From Anaerolineae bacterium (GTDB lineage Bacteria; Chloroflexota; Anaerolineae; JAAEKA01): 64,000 nt of DNA. Made by a program: the position numbers and the translations under genes. Positions 35,785 through 46,516 of the stretch are shown here, in pieces (position 1 is the first letter of the stretch; every line of letters starts with the position of its first letter). Location of the stretch: contig JBAQCH010000033.1 of assembly GCA_049294015.1 (NCBI GenBank), forward strand, positions 25,049-89,048, in the 5' to 3' direction. Below the pieces are notes generated by a model. The model was not told where the DNA came from, did not search any database, and saw only the letters and a list, made by a program, of their open reading frames with translations.

Positions 35785-37530
35785 ATGACCCCAGATTTCC
35801 GCTGGTTTGCCCACTATGAGCCGGACGTCGCCCACAGCGTTGACGTCCCCAACACCACCGTGCAGCAAGCGCTGTTGGACGCGGCGGCACGCTTTCCTGA
35901 CCACACGGCGCTGCGCATGGTGCTGCGCTACCTGCCGCTGGGGCTGCGGGTGCAGGCCAAGCTGAGCTACGCCGAGCTCAACCGGCTGAGCGATCGCTTC
36001 GCCGCGGCTCTGGCGCAACTGGGTGTGGCCAAGGGCGACCGCGTCTCGCTGATGCTGCCCAACATCCCGCAGTTGGTGATCGCCTACTTCGGCGTGCTCA
36101 AGGCCGGCGCGATCGTGGTCAACACCAACCCCACCTATCCGGCTCACGAGCTGACGCCGCTGCTGCGCAGCGCCGGGGCCGAGACCATCGTCACCCTCAG
36201 CGGCCTCTACGAGCGCGTGCTGGAGATCCAGCCGCGCACGGCGATCAAAACCATCATCCTGGCCGACATCCCCGACAGCATCGGCCAGCCCTTCCGCAGC
36301 AGCGTGGCCAAACAAGTGCGCGCGGGCGGCTTGATGAAGGACGTAACGCTGCGCGCCGGCGCCCATTTTATGAGCGATCTGCTGGCCGCGGCCCCGGCCA
36401 CAGCGCCCAGCGTGCCCATCGACCCGGCCAACGACACAGCGGTGTTCCAGTTTACCGGCGGCACCTCGGGCCTGCCCAAGGCTGCCGAGCTGACCCATCG
36501 TAACCTGGTGGCCAACATCGCCCAGATCAACGCTTGGGTGCCTTCGCTCAAGCCAGGCGGCGAGAAGTTCCTGCTGGCCCTGCCGGCCTTCCACGTCTAC
36601 GGCATGACTGTGGGCATGCTGACCTGCCTCAAGCTGGGCGGCGAGCTGCTGCTGGCGCCCGATCCCCGCAACACGCTACACCTGATGCAGATCATCACCC
36701 ACGAGAAGGTCACGGTCTATCCCGGCGTGCCGGCCATGTACATCGCCATCCTCAACCATCCCCGGGTGGCTGAGCACGACCTGCACAGCATCCGCGTCTG
36801 CCTCAGCGGCGGCGCGTCGCTGCCGGCCGAGGTGGCGCAGCAGTTCGAGGCCGTGACCGGCGGCAAGCTGGTGGAAGGCTACGGCATGTCCGAATCTTCC
36901 CCGCTGACCGCGGGCAATCCGGTCTTTGGCCAGACCAAGATCGGCGCCGTCGGCATGCCCTTTCCCAGCACCGAGCTGGCCATCGTCGCCCTGGAGCCTG
37001 ACGAGCAGGGCGTGACCAAGTTCCTGGACGTCGGAGAGGCCGGCGAGCTGGTGGTGCGCGGGCCGCAGGTGATGAAAGGCTACTATGACAGCCCGGAGGA
37101 GACGGCCAACGCCATCGACGCGGACGGCTGGCTGCACACGGGCGACATCGCGGTCATGGACGCGGACGGCTACTTCAGCATCGTGGATCGCAAGAAGGAC
37201 CTGATCATCGCCAGCGGCTTCAACATCGTGCCGCGCGAGGTCGAAGAGGTCCTGTTTACGCATCCCAAGGTACTGGAGGCCGCGGTGGTGGGTGTGCCTG
37301 ACGCCAAGCGGGGCGAGACAGTCAAGGCCTTCGTGGTGCTCAAGGAAGGCCAGCGCGCCACGGTCGAGGAGCTGCGGGACTTCTGCAAGGAGCGCTTGGC
37401 GCCCTACAAGGTGCCCACCCTGGTCGAATTTCGCACGGAGCTGCCCAAGAGCCAGGTCGGCAAGACTTTGCGCCGCATCCTGGTAGAGGAAGAGAAGCAC
37501 AAGGTGGCTGTCGTTGCTACAAGCGGTTGA
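35785..37530 (+). CDS. long-chain fatty acid-CoA ligase (AMP-binding)
   Basis: FTGGTSGLPKAAELTHRN, GYGMSE, TGDIAVMDADGYFSIVDRKKD, KVGK. Confidence 0.9.
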   Translation: MTPDFRWFAHYEPDVAHSVDVPNTTVQQALLDAAARFPDHTALRMVLRYLPLGLRVQAKLSYAELNRLSDRFAAALAQLGVAKGDRVSLMLPNIPQLVIAYFGVLKAGAIVVNTNPTYPAHELTPLLRSAGAETIVTLSGLYERVLEIQPRTAIKTIILADIPDSIGQPFRSSVAKQVRAGGLMKDVTLRAGAHFMSDLLAAAPATAPSVPIDPANDTAVFQFTGGTSGLPKAAELTHRNLVANIAQINAWVPSLKPGGEKFLLALPAFHVYGMTVGMLTCLKLGGELLLAPDPRNTLHLMQIITHEKVTVYPGVPAMYIAILNHPRVAEHDLHSIRVCLSGGASLPAEVAQQFEAVTGGKLVEGYGMSESSPLTAGNPVFGQTKIGAVGMPFPSTELAIVALEPDEQGVTKFLDVGEAGELVVRGPQVMKGYYDSPEETANAIDADGWLHTGDIAVMDADGYFSIVDRKKDLIIASGFNIVPREVEEVLFTHPKVLEAAVVGVPDAKRGETVKAFVVLKEGQRATVEELRDFCKERLAPYKVPTLVEFRTELPKSQVGKTLRRILVEEEKHKVAVVATSG

Positions 37531-37701
37531 CACCAGTGATTGCGCGACTTGAACATCTCTGATTCTGTGGCATAATGTATCCTACCGATGGACAATTCTG
37601 ATTGAGTGCGCAGAACAGCACCACGTGCAAGTGTTGTTGTGCTGCCAGGCTCCGGAGGACAAATACCAACGAGCCAGTATAGACCGTGAAAGGCGAATGA
37701 C

Positions 37702-37911
37702 ATGACACAAGAACTGATTTTTGTGATCGAAGAAGCCCCAGAAGGTGGGTTTGTGGCCAAGGCGCTGGGACATTCAATCTATACCGAAGCCGATACCTGG
37801 GAAGAACTTAAGGCGGCGGTTCAGGACGCAGTAACTTGCCATTTTGACGAAGAAATGCGGCCCGGCATGGTTCGCCTGCACGTTGTCCGAGATGAGATGA
37901 TGCTTGTATGA
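37702..37911 (+). CDS. hicB: HicB-family antitoxin (short form)
   Basis: FVIEEAPEGGFVAKALGHSIYTEADTWEELKAAVQDAV; 4-nt overlap with hicA. Confidence 0.7.
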   Translation: MTQELIFVIEEAPEGGFVAKALGHSIYTEADTWEELKAAVQDAVTCHFDEEMRPGMVRLHVVRDEMMLV

Positions 37912-38150
37912 AGCTGCCACGTGATTTAGGCGGTGAGGAACTGGCAGCCAGGTTGCGCAGGCACGGCTACGAAACGACGCGACAGGCCGGCAGCCATATT
38001 CGATTGACCACATTCAAGCAGGGGGAACATCACGTGACCATCCCACGGCACAATCCCCTGCGCGTAGGTACGCTCAACGCAGTATTGCGGGATGTGGCAG
38101 ATCATCTCGGCGTGACGCGAGATGAACTCATCAGATCGCTGATGGAATGA
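37908..38150 (+). CDS. hicA: HicA-family mRNA interferase toxin
   Basis: LRRHGYETTRQAGSHIRLT...HVTIPRHNPLRVGTL. Confidence 0.8.
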   Translation: MKLPRDLGGEELAARLRRHGYETTRQAGSHIRLTTFKQGEHHVTIPRHNPLRVGTLNAVLRDVADHLGVTRDELIRSLME

Positions 38151-38167
38151 GGCGATGAGCAGGCCGA

Positions 38168-39748
38168 TTACTCCCGCAACAGCCCATTGACCGCCCGATC
38201 GCGCGAGTGCTCTGCCAGGCGATCGGGCTGGCCGGGCTGGGTCATGCCCCCCTCGTACTCGAACCCGCCATAGGCTGTCCAGCCGTCCAAGACCATGGGC
38301 GCGGGGCCGCCGGCATCCACCCACAGGCCGTTGTAGCGCCGCGCAAAGTGCAGATGCGTGGTCTCGGCCGCGCCGCCCTCACAGCTCGGCCGGCCCACGG
38401 GGTCGTCCTGCCCCAGCAGCGCGCCCATCTCTGGCTGATCGACGATGTGCAGGTACTGCAACACCCAGCCGGTGCGCATGTCGCCGTCGCCGTCCAGGTC
38501 CAGCAGGATCTCGCCGGGCATACTTCGTACGACCACACCCGGCGCAGCGGCCACGGCCCACGACGGCGCGGGCACGCAGTTGCCGATCTGCGCGCTCTCC
38601 GGCACGAAGTCCAGCGCAGCCCAGCCGCTGCTGGGCATCCAGCCGCCGTGCGGCCCGCCGGTCATGTGCCACCATTCCCCCGGCAGCCAGGGAAGGTGTA
38701 GCAGCGGCTGCTCCAGGCCAGCCGGCAGCACCGGGCCGGCGTCCAGCGCCGCGGGATCGCCAAATAGCTTGCGGTAGGCCGCGTCGAAATCCGCCAAGCG
38801 TTCGGAAAGCTGGCTATAGGTCGTATCAGCCGCTAAGGCATGCTGAACCGCCACAGTGCCGGGGTTGAGGCCGGGTGCGCCGCGCGCCAGTGTGCCATCC
38901 TCGAAGCGAATGGCGGTCTCGCCGCGATCTTGCCAGCCGTAGAAGCCCTGGTTCAACGCGTCGGCGGCCCATTCGAGCTGCGGCAGCAGGCCGGGCGCGC
39001 CGTTGGTGTGGCCCAGAGGATAGTCGGCGGCGATGCCCTGCGGGTCAGGATTGGTGACCCAGCCGCTGCCGGCCTCCATCATGGCCAGCAGCACGCGCGG
39101 GCCGACGCTGTAGCGCATGGCCACCCGTTCCACTACGTCCGCGCCGCTCCACTGCTCACCGTTCGATCCGGTCATCTGGACTTGCGATAGCCGGCCGCCC
39201 TGCTCGGCCACAAAGGCGTTGATGTCAAAATCGATGTAACCGGCGCCGTAGACCAACTCGCTGTCGGGCAGGAGAACTTGATCGGGGGTGTTGCGGCCCG
39301 GCCGGTGGGGGATGACCAGGCCCTGGCCGATGGGGACAACGTCGGGGTTTTCGATGCCACTCAGCTTCACCAACTCGTCCAGTGAGACGCCGTAGCGTTG
39401 AGCCACGACGCCCAGGTACTGGTTGGGCTTGAGCTTGCTGAACTCCAGGGCCAGGTCGGGTGCGACGGTGGGGCCCGGGGTGCGGGCCACAGGCGCAGCG
39501 GGCAGGGCCGTCGGGGTGGGCGTGCTGTGGATAGTCTTCGTGGCCGTGAGACGTGTAGGCGTGGCTGAGGGTGCAGGGGCGGTGGGTGTCGCCGTAGCCG
39601 TGGGGGCGGCAGTCTCCAGAGCTACCGGCTCGAACTGGCCAGCCGGCGGCGCTGCGGGGGCTAAGACAAAACGCCCCAGGACAATGCCCAGGGCCAGCGC
39701 CACGACCAGAATAGCTGTCAACAGCCAGATACGACGGCTTGAAGTCAT
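38168..39748 (-). CDS. LysM domain / M23-like peptidase, membrane anchored
   Basis: TM RIWLLTAILVVALALGIVLG; LysM YLGVVAQRYGVSLDELVKLSGI...GQGLVIP; C-terminal HLHFARR; start set at ATG 39748. Confidence 0.7.
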   Translation of the reverse strand: MTSSRRIWLLTAILVVALALGIVLGRFVLAPAAPPAGQFEPVALETAAPTATATPTAPAPSATPTRLTATKTIHSTPTPTALPAAPVARTPGPTVAPDLALEFSKLKPNQYLGVVAQRYGVSLDELVKLSGIENPDVVPIGQGLVIPHRPGRNTPDQVLLPDSELVYGAGYIDFDINAFVAEQGGRLSQVQMTGSNGEQWSGADVVERVAMRYSVGPRVLLAMMEAGSGWVTNPDPQGIAADYPLGHTNGAPGLLPQLEWAADALNQGFYGWQDRGETAIRFEDGTLARGAPGLNPGTVAVQHALAADTTYSQLSERLADFDAAYRKLFGDPAALDAGPVLPAGLEQPLLHLPWLPGEWWHMTGGPHGGWMPSSGWAALDFVPESAQIGNCVPAPSWAVAAAPGVVVRSMPGEILLDLDGDGDMRTGWVLQYLHIVDQPEMGALLGQDDPVGRPSCEGGAAETTHLHFARRYNGLWVDAGGPAPMVLDGWTAYGGFEYEGGMTQPGQPDRLAEHSRDRAVNGLLRE

Positions 39749-39845
39749 GGAGTGAGTCTTGAAAAGAGGCGCCGGGCGCCAGGCCTCGCAGCCATAGAGA
39801 CAGCCCCAGCAGCGCTGGGGCCTTGCTCCGCCGTCAATTGCCTGG

Positions 39846-40208
39846 TCAGTTGCCCTGCGGGTGGGGAGACCAATCGCCAAAGGCCGCCGCGAAACGCTGG
39901 GCCACCATGGCTTCCAACCCTTGATTGAACTCACGCCAGCGCCGGACAAAGTCGCGCGCCAGCGGGGTGAGCGTGGCGCCGCCGCCGCCGGCGCCGCCTA
40001 CTTGGGCGTCCACCAACGACTGGCCCAGGCGCGCCTCCATCTCATGGATGCGCTCCCAGGCCAGCTTGTAGGGTATGTCGAGTTGTTGGGCCGCGCCGCT
40101 GATGGAGCCAGCCTGGTCGATGGCTTGCAGCAATTGTACACGCCACTCGCTCAATACGACCTCACCGTCCACTTCGGCCCAGAAATTAGCTTTTTGGATC
40201 AGCATCAC
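39846..40208 (-). CDS. ModE N-terminal-like winged-helix regulator
   Basis: RVQLLQAIDQAGSISGAAQQLDIPYKLAWERIHEMEARLGQSLV. Confidence 0.7.
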   Translation of the reverse strand: MMLIQKANFWAEVDGEVVLSEWRVQLLQAIDQAGSISGAAQQLDIPYKLAWERIHEMEARLGQSLVDAQVGGAGGGGATLTPLARDFVRRWREFNQGLEAMVAQRFAAAFGDWSPHPQGN

Positions 40209-40229
40209 GCATCACGCAGGCTGCAGATG

Positions 40230-41069
<840 letters not shown>

Positions 41070-41325
41070 CGGCGGCTCTCCATGCAGATAAAAGGACCAA
41101 TAAAAGGTGCGAATAAACTACCGTCTCTGCGACTTATGTTAGCTTGTACCAAATTTGTCAAAAACTGTCAAGTTTTCAAGCGCGCGGTGAAAACCCCTCG
41201 GCGAGGCGCCTGTCTTGAGAAGCAATGAACTTGCTATGCCCAAACTAGCCAACCGGTCGATCTGTGGTATAATTGCGTCCTTGTCGGCTGAATAAGTCAA
41301 TCTACACGGTAGAAACGCAACAAGT

Positions 41326-41874
41326 ATGAATCACCACATCAAGCATGGCGCTGTTGACCGGCTATGGCGGGGAGAGCGGTGGCAGCGCATAGTTGTCGCC
41401 ATCTGTATTGTCCTGGCGCTGATCGTCCCCACCGCCCAGGCGCAAGAAAACCCACCACCTTCCCTGGACCAGATTCAAGCAGTCGCGCGTGAGCTGTATT
41501 GTCCGCTGTGCAACGGCGTGCGGCTGGACAACTGCGACCTGCAGGCCTGCGTCCAGATGCGCCAGGTGATCTCGGACCGGCTGGCGGCTGGCGTGCCCAA
41601 GGAGCAGATCAAGCAGGAGTTTGTGGCGCAGTACGGCCCGGTCGTGCTGGGCGAGCCGCCGCGCGAAGGTCTCAACTGGCTGGTATGGCTCCTGCCCGTG
41701 GTCGCCTTGATCGGCGGCGCAGTCTGGATCTTCATGACCCTGCGCGGCTGGACCAAGGCGCCGGCAGGTGCTGCCGGCGCGTCGCCGATTTCCCGGCCGC
41801 TGACAGCGACCGCTCAGACCGACAACGAGGACTACCTGGCTCAAGTCGATGCGGACTTACAGCGACTGGAGTAA
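41326..41874 (+). CDS. ccmH: cytochrome c-type biogenesis protein CcmH
   Basis: LYCPLCNGVRLDNCD (CXXC), followed by a TM segment. Confidence 0.75.
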   Translation: MNHHIKHGAVDRLWRGERWQRIVVAICIVLALIVPTAQAQENPPPSLDQIQAVARELYCPLCNGVRLDNCDLQACVQMRQVISDRLAAGVPKEQIKQEFVAQYGPVVLGEPPREGLNWLVWLLPVVALIGGAVWIFMTLRGWTKAPAGAAGASPISRPLTATAQTDNEDYLAQVDADLQRLE

Positions 41875-41933
41875 CGATTCGAGCGCCGGCCCGGTAGCTT
41901 ACAGGAATCGGGTGGCTGGCGCTGACCTTTTGA

Positions 41934-42512
41934 GTGGAGTGTTGTATGACAATAGAAAACGTGACACCCCCTACCCCACCGCCCGCTAAGTCAGGCGGCA
42001 TCGGCCGCTGGCTGGTGCTGGCCGTTGCAGTTTTCTTCGTGGCGGTGTTGGTCTACGGCCTGGTCAATGCCGGCGACCAGCGAGTCGACGATGGCATGGC
42101 GCCCGAGTTCACACTGACCACCTTTGACGGCGAAACCCTGCGTCTCTCCGAGCTGCAAGGGCAAGTCGTGGTGTTGAACTTCTGGGCTACCTGGTGCATC
42201 TCTTGCAAGGACGAAGCGGTCGATCTGGAGCTGGCCTGGCAAGACTTCAAGGACCAGGGCGTGGCGTTCATCGGCGTCGACTACCTGGACCAAGAGCCGC
42301 TCAACCTGCAGTGGCTGGAGCAATACGGCATCACTTACCCCAACGGCCCGGACATCCAGGGGCGCATCTACAACGCCTACGGTGTGCAGGGCCTGCCTGA
42401 AACCTTTATCATCGACCAGCAGGGCAACGTGACCAAGGTTTTCATCGGCCCGACGACGCGCGCCGCCATTGCGGCTGAGATTCGCAAACTGCTGAATGGT
42501 GAGACAGGTTGA
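41934..42512 (+). CDS. TlpA/ResA-like thiol:disulfide oxidoreductase
   Basis: VVLNFWATWCISCK thioredoxin motif, N-terminal TM; alternative start ATG 41946. Confidence 0.85.
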   Translation: MECCMTIENVTPPTPPPAKSGGIGRWLVLAVAVFFVAVLVYGLVNAGDQRVDDGMAPEFTLTTFDGETLRLSELQGQVVVLNFWATWCISCKDEAVDLELAWQDFKDQGVAFIGVDYLDQEPLNLQWLEQYGITYPNGPDIQGRIYNAYGVQGLPETFIIDQQGNVTKVFIGPTTRAAIAAEIRKLLNGETG

Positions 42513-42560
42513 GTGGATTGGTAGATTGGTAAGCTGGTAGATTGGTACGCTGGTTGCGTT
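42513..42560. repeat. degenerate array of 8-mer GTAGATTG (6 units)
   Basis: gtggattg gtagattg gtaagctg gtagattg gtacgctg gttgcgtt, starting directly after the tlpA stop. Confidence 0.75.
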
Positions 42561-42621
42561 GGACGATATGGGACGGCCAGACGTAGACCGGCCCTTTGAA
42601 ATAGTTATTCAGGAGCGAACT

Positions 42622-44691
42622 ATGGCCGATCTTGGTTTGATCGCACTGGTGATTGCCTTCGTAGTTGCTGTGGTTGGTATTGGGATGAACCTGGCCGGCG
42701 TTTGGATGAAGCGTCCGGCGCTGGTGGTGGCGGGCCGCAACGCCCTCTACGTGGTCGGCGGCTTTGTGGCCCTGGCCAGTCTGGCGCTGGTGCTATCGCT
42801 GGTACGGCGCGATTACAGCCTGACCTACGTCGCCAACCAGGTGAGCAACACGCAGCCGCTGTTTTACAACATTTCCTCCTTCTGGGGCGGCCAGGCAGGC
42901 TCGCTGCTCTTCTGGACGTTTGTGCTGTGCTGCTACGCTGTGGCAGTGACGCTGGCGCAATGGAAGCGCCAGCCGGTGCTGCGGCCCTACGTGACGGCTG
43001 TACTGCTGGGCGTCATCCTCTTCTTCCTCTCTGTGGTGATCTTCGTTGCCAACCCGTTCAGCCGTCTGTGGCTGATGCCTGACGGCAGCATGCCCTCGGC
43101 TGTGTTTGCACCGGCCGGCGCAGTGCCTGCTCAGCTCACCGACGGCAGCGGCCTGAATCCGATCCTGCAAAACTACTGGATGGTGATCCACCCGGTCATG
43201 CTCTACCTGGGTTGGATCGGCCTGGTGGTGCCCTTCGCCTTTGCTGTGGCGGCGCTGGCCACCGGCGAGCTGGGCAACGACTGGGTTCGCACCATCCGCC
43301 GCTGGACGCTGGTGCCGTGGATGTTCCTGACGGCCGGTATCCTGATGGGCTCGCAGTGGGCTTATGTAGAGCTAGGTTGGGGCGGCTTTTGGGCCTGGGA
43401 CCCGGTCGAGAACGCCAGCTTCCTGCCCTGGCTGACCGCAACTGCCTTCCTGCATTCGATCATGATTCAGGAGCGGCGCGGCATGCTCAAGGTCTGGAAC
43501 ATGGCGCTGATCTTCTTGACATTCGAGCTGACTATCGTCGGCACGTTCATCACCCGCAGCGGCATCATCGAATCGGTGCATGCCTTCGCCCAGTCGGATA
43601 TCGGCCCCTTCTTCCTGACCTTCATCGTCACGACCATGTTCGGCTTCCTGGCGCTGCTGGGCTGGCGATTGCCGGACCTGCGCAGCCCCAACCACCTGGA
43701 CAGCATGGTCAGCCGCGAGTCGGCCTTCCTGTTCAACAACCTGATCCTGGTGTTCATTGGAGCGGTCACCTTGTTCGGCACGCTCTACCCCATCACCTCC
43801 GACGCCTTGAGCCAGTTCCTACCCATCGAGCACATGTCTTTTGCCGAGCCCTGGTTCAACAAGGTCACGGGGCCGCTGTTCGTGCTGCTAATCGCTCTGA
43901 TGGGCAGTGCGCCGCTGTTGGGCTGGCGTCGCTCCAGCAAGGAAACGTTGATCAAGAACTTCACCTTCCCATTGCTCTTCGGCCTGGCGATTGGCGCGCT
44001 GGGCTTTGTGGTAGGCAACCAGAAGATCTACCCGACCATCTCCTATGCTGTGGCCGGCTTCGTGGCGGGCGGCATCATGCAGGAGTTTTACCGCGGGGCG
44101 AGAGTGCGGCGGGCCAGCAAGGGCGAAATCTGGCCTGTGGCGCTGCTGCAACTGCTGCGCCGCAACCAACGGCGCTACGGCGGCTATATCGTCCACCTGG
44201 GCGTGGTGATGATCATGATCGCCATTATCGGTCATAACGTCTACCAAACCGAGGGCCAGGCCAACCTGGCGAGCGGCGAGACGATCCAGGTCGAAAACTA
44301 TGTGCTGACCTTCAACGGCCTGACGCAATCAGCCGCCCCTTCCTACGACGCGGTCGAGGCCAGCTTGCTGGTGACGCGCAACGGCCGGCCGGCCGGGACC
44401 GTCACGCCGGCCATGCATTTCTACCGCACAGCGGCCGGACGTGACCAGCCCACCAACGAGATTGCGATTCGCATGGGGCCGGCCGAGGACCTGTACGTGG
44501 TATTGGCCGGCTGGGAAGGCACGGGCCAGACAGCCTCCTTCAAGGTCTACGTGAACCCAATGATGAGCTGGATGTGGATCGGCGGCGTGGTGATGCTCCT
44601 GGGCACGCTGGCTGCCGTGTGGCCGCACCAAAAGGAGACGGAGCGCGTCAATGTGCCTGCGCCGGCTCCGCGCGGCGCCCAACCGGCCTGA
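42622..44691 (+). CDS. ccmF: heme lyase CcmF/NrfE family
   Basis: WGGFWAWDPVEN (WWD-type motif), polytopic; ATG 42622 behind AGGAG. Confidence 0.9.
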   Translation: MADLGLIALVIAFVVAVVGIGMNLAGVWMKRPALVVAGRNALYVVGGFVALASLALVLSLVRRDYSLTYVANQVSNTQPLFYNISSFWGGQAGSLLFWTFVLCCYAVAVTLAQWKRQPVLRPYVTAVLLGVILFFLSVVIFVANPFSRLWLMPDGSMPSAVFAPAGAVPAQLTDGSGLNPILQNYWMVIHPVMLYLGWIGLVVPFAFAVAALATGELGNDWVRTIRRWTLVPWMFLTAGILMGSQWAYVELGWGGFWAWDPVENASFLPWLTATAFLHSIMIQERRGMLKVWNMALIFLTFELTIVGTFITRSGIIESVHAFAQSDIGPFFLTFIVTTMFGFLALLGWRLPDLRSPNHLDSMVSRESAFLFNNLILVFIGAVTLFGTLYPITSDALSQFLPIEHMSFAEPWFNKVTGPLFVLLIALMGSAPLLGWRRSSKETLIKNFTFPLLFGLAIGALGFVVGNQKIYPTISYAVAGFVAGGIMQEFYRGARVRRASKGEIWPVALLQLLRRNQRRYGGYIVHLGVVMIMIAIIGHNVYQTEGQANLASGETIQVENYVLTFNGLTQSAAPSYDAVEASLLVTRNGRPAGTVTPAMHFYRTAAGRDQPTNEIAIRMGPAEDLYVVLAGWEGTGQTASFKVYVNPMMSWMWIGGVVMLLGTLAAVWPHQKETERVNVPAPAPRGAQPA

Positions 44692-44701
44692 TGAACTTCT
44701 T

Positions 44702-44730
44702 GCGGGGCCTGGTTGCCCAGGCCCCGCTTT
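44702..44730 (+). terminator. hairpin after ccmF
   Basis: gcggggcctgg-ttgc-ccaggccccgc followed by ttt; the short U-tract makes it a weak terminator. Confidence 0.4.
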
Positions 44731-44749
44731 CCACGCAACGAACGCACCC

Positions 44750-45250
44750 ATGACTATTGTCGTATTCTCAGGCGCCCTGCTGCTGCTGGGCATTGCTGTT
44801 GTCGCCGTGGCCTGGCCCCTCCTACAAGAGCGCCGCGGCCAATACCAGGACGATCTGACAGCGGAAACACTGGCCGATCCCCTGACGGAGCTGCAAGCGG
44901 AGCGCGATGCGATCTATCGGGCGATCAAGGAATTGCGCTTCGACTATCAAGTGGGCAAGGCCTCGGAGGCTGACTACCAAGCCTTCGACGCTCATTTGCG
45001 CGGCCAGGCGGCGCTGGTGCTGAAGCAGATCGATACGCTGAAGAAAGCCGAGGCTGATCCCGCGCTGGATGCCAGCCTGGAGGCCGAAATCACCGCGCTG
45101 CGCCAGGTCAACGGCAGCGGCCCGGGCCGCCCGCCGGTCCCCGTGGCCGTGGCAGCCGACAAGGGTACGCTCAACTTCTGTCCCCAATGTGGGCATCGTC
45201 TGCAAGCCGGTGATCGTTTCTGCGGCAAGTGTGGCGCGGCCCTGAGCTGA
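44750..45250 (+). CDS. membrane-anchored coiled-coil protein with C-terminal zinc ribbon
   Basis: N-terminal TM; CPQCGHRLQAGDRFCGKCG; start set at ATG 44750. Confidence 0.6.
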   Translation: MTIVVFSGALLLLGIAVVAVAWPLLQERRGQYQDDLTAETLADPLTELQAERDAIYRAIKELRFDYQVGKASEADYQAFDAHLRGQAALVLKQIDTLKKAEADPALDASLEAEITALRQVNGSGPGRPPVPVAVAADKGTLNFCPQCGHRLQAGDRFCGKCGAALS

Positions 45251-45333
45251 GTGATCGGAACTTGCTTGACAAATCATCGTGCGGATGGTAATCTGGGTCT
45301 TGATTACCACTGAAACTGCAACGAGTAGTAACG

Positions 45334-45678
45334 ATGACCAGCGCAATGATGACAACGATTGAGAAGGCAGAGCAGCTTCTTGATGAGATGAATCAGTCAG
45401 AGAAAATGCAGCTCCTGCAGCTGATCGCGCGCGATCTGAGCAGCGACGTTCCTGGGATTGTGAAGACGCCAGGCATCTGCGGGGGCGATGCGCGCGTCCA
45501 GGGAACACGCATCCCGGTTTGGGCGTTGGTGCAGTACAGCCAGTTAGGGGCGAGTGACGCCGACCTGCTGCAAGCCTTCCCAACTCTCAGTTCAAAGGAT
45601 CTGGCAAATGCCTGGCAGTATGCTCGCCGCCACCCGGGAGAAATCAAGAGACAGGTTCGCGAAAACGAGACAGCTTAA
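45334..45678 (+). CDS. DUF433 protein (putative antitoxin)
   Basis: PGICGGDARVQGTRIPVWALVQY...FPTLSSKDLANAWQY. Confidence 0.75.
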   Translation: MTSAMMTTIEKAEQLLDEMNQSEKMQLLQLIARDLSSDVPGIVKTPGICGGDARVQGTRIPVWALVQYSQLGASDADLLQAFPTLSSKDLANAWQYARRHPGEIKRQVRENETA

Positions 45679-45681
45679 TCC

Positions 45682-46026
45682 ATGGCGCGACTGTATTCCA
45701 ACGAGAACTTTCCCTTGCCTGTGGTCGAAGCACTGCGAGCGTTGGGGCACGATGTAGTGACCATTCAGGAAAGCGGCAAGGCAAACCAGGAGTACCCCGA
45801 CGATGCGGTGTTGGAGGAAGCTACCGCTGATAGACGCGCCGTACTGACAATCAATCGAAAGCACTTCCTGAAGTTACATCGTCAAAACCCTGCTCATCAT
45901 GGCATCGTTCTCTGCACAGCCGATCTCGACTTCTCTGGCCAGGCTGCACGGATCCATGATGTGATCCAGACCCAGAAGCCGTTGGCGGGCAAGATTTTGC
46001 GAGTGAACCGGCCACCTACTGGCTGA
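45682..46026 (+). CDS. DUF5615 PIN-like protein (putative toxin)
   Basis: LYSNENFPLPVVEALRALGHDVVTIQESG; adjacent to DUF433. Confidence 0.7.
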   Translation: MARLYSNENFPLPVVEALRALGHDVVTIQESGKANQEYPDDAVLEEATADRRAVLTINRKHFLKLHRQNPAHHGIVLCTADLDFSGQAARIHDVIQTQKPLAGKILRVNRPPTG

Positions 46027-46044
46027 ACCAACAGATCAGAAAAC

Positions 46045-46088
46045 AAAAGCCGCTCCTCGAAAACAATCTTCAAGGAGCGGCTTTTCTT
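46045..46088. terminator. bidirectional rho-independent terminator
   Basis: 13-bp perfect stem aaaagccgctcct / aggagcggctttt with T/A runs on both sides, between convergent units. Confidence 0.7.
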
Positions 46089-46089
46089 G

Positions 46090-46163
46090 TATCCCAGACA
46101 GGACTCGAACCTGTGACCTCTTCCTCCGCAGGGAAGCGCTCTAATCCACTGAGCTACTGGGAC
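46090..46163 (-). tRNA. tRNA-Arg (GCG)
   Basis: Anticodon arm cttcc-ctGCGga-ggaag, T arm acagg-ttcgagt-cctgt; G1-U72 wobble in my fold. Confidence 0.75.
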
Positions 46164-46170
46164 ATAACCA

Positions 46171-46263
<93 letters not shown>

Positions 46264-46285
46264 GTATTCAATTGTTAGTTGACCA

Positions 46286-46375
<90 letters not shown>

Positions 46376-46437
46376 GGGGTGAAATTCCTTTCCCTCAGGA
46401 CGGCTGCATTTTAGCACAGGGGGGCGATTGAGTCAAG

Positions 46438-46516
46438 GTTGGTAGATTGGGAAATTGGTAGATTGGTCAGGCGCGCCGCAGGCCTGGCCAATCTACCAGT
46501 CTGCCAATCTACCGAA
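46438..46516. repeat. tandem-unit hairpin element, GGTAGATT family
   Basis: ggttggtagattgggaaattggtagattggtcagg / cctggccaatctaccagtctgccaatctaccgaa. The serS stop TAG (46509-46511) is inside the right arm. Confidence 0.85.
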
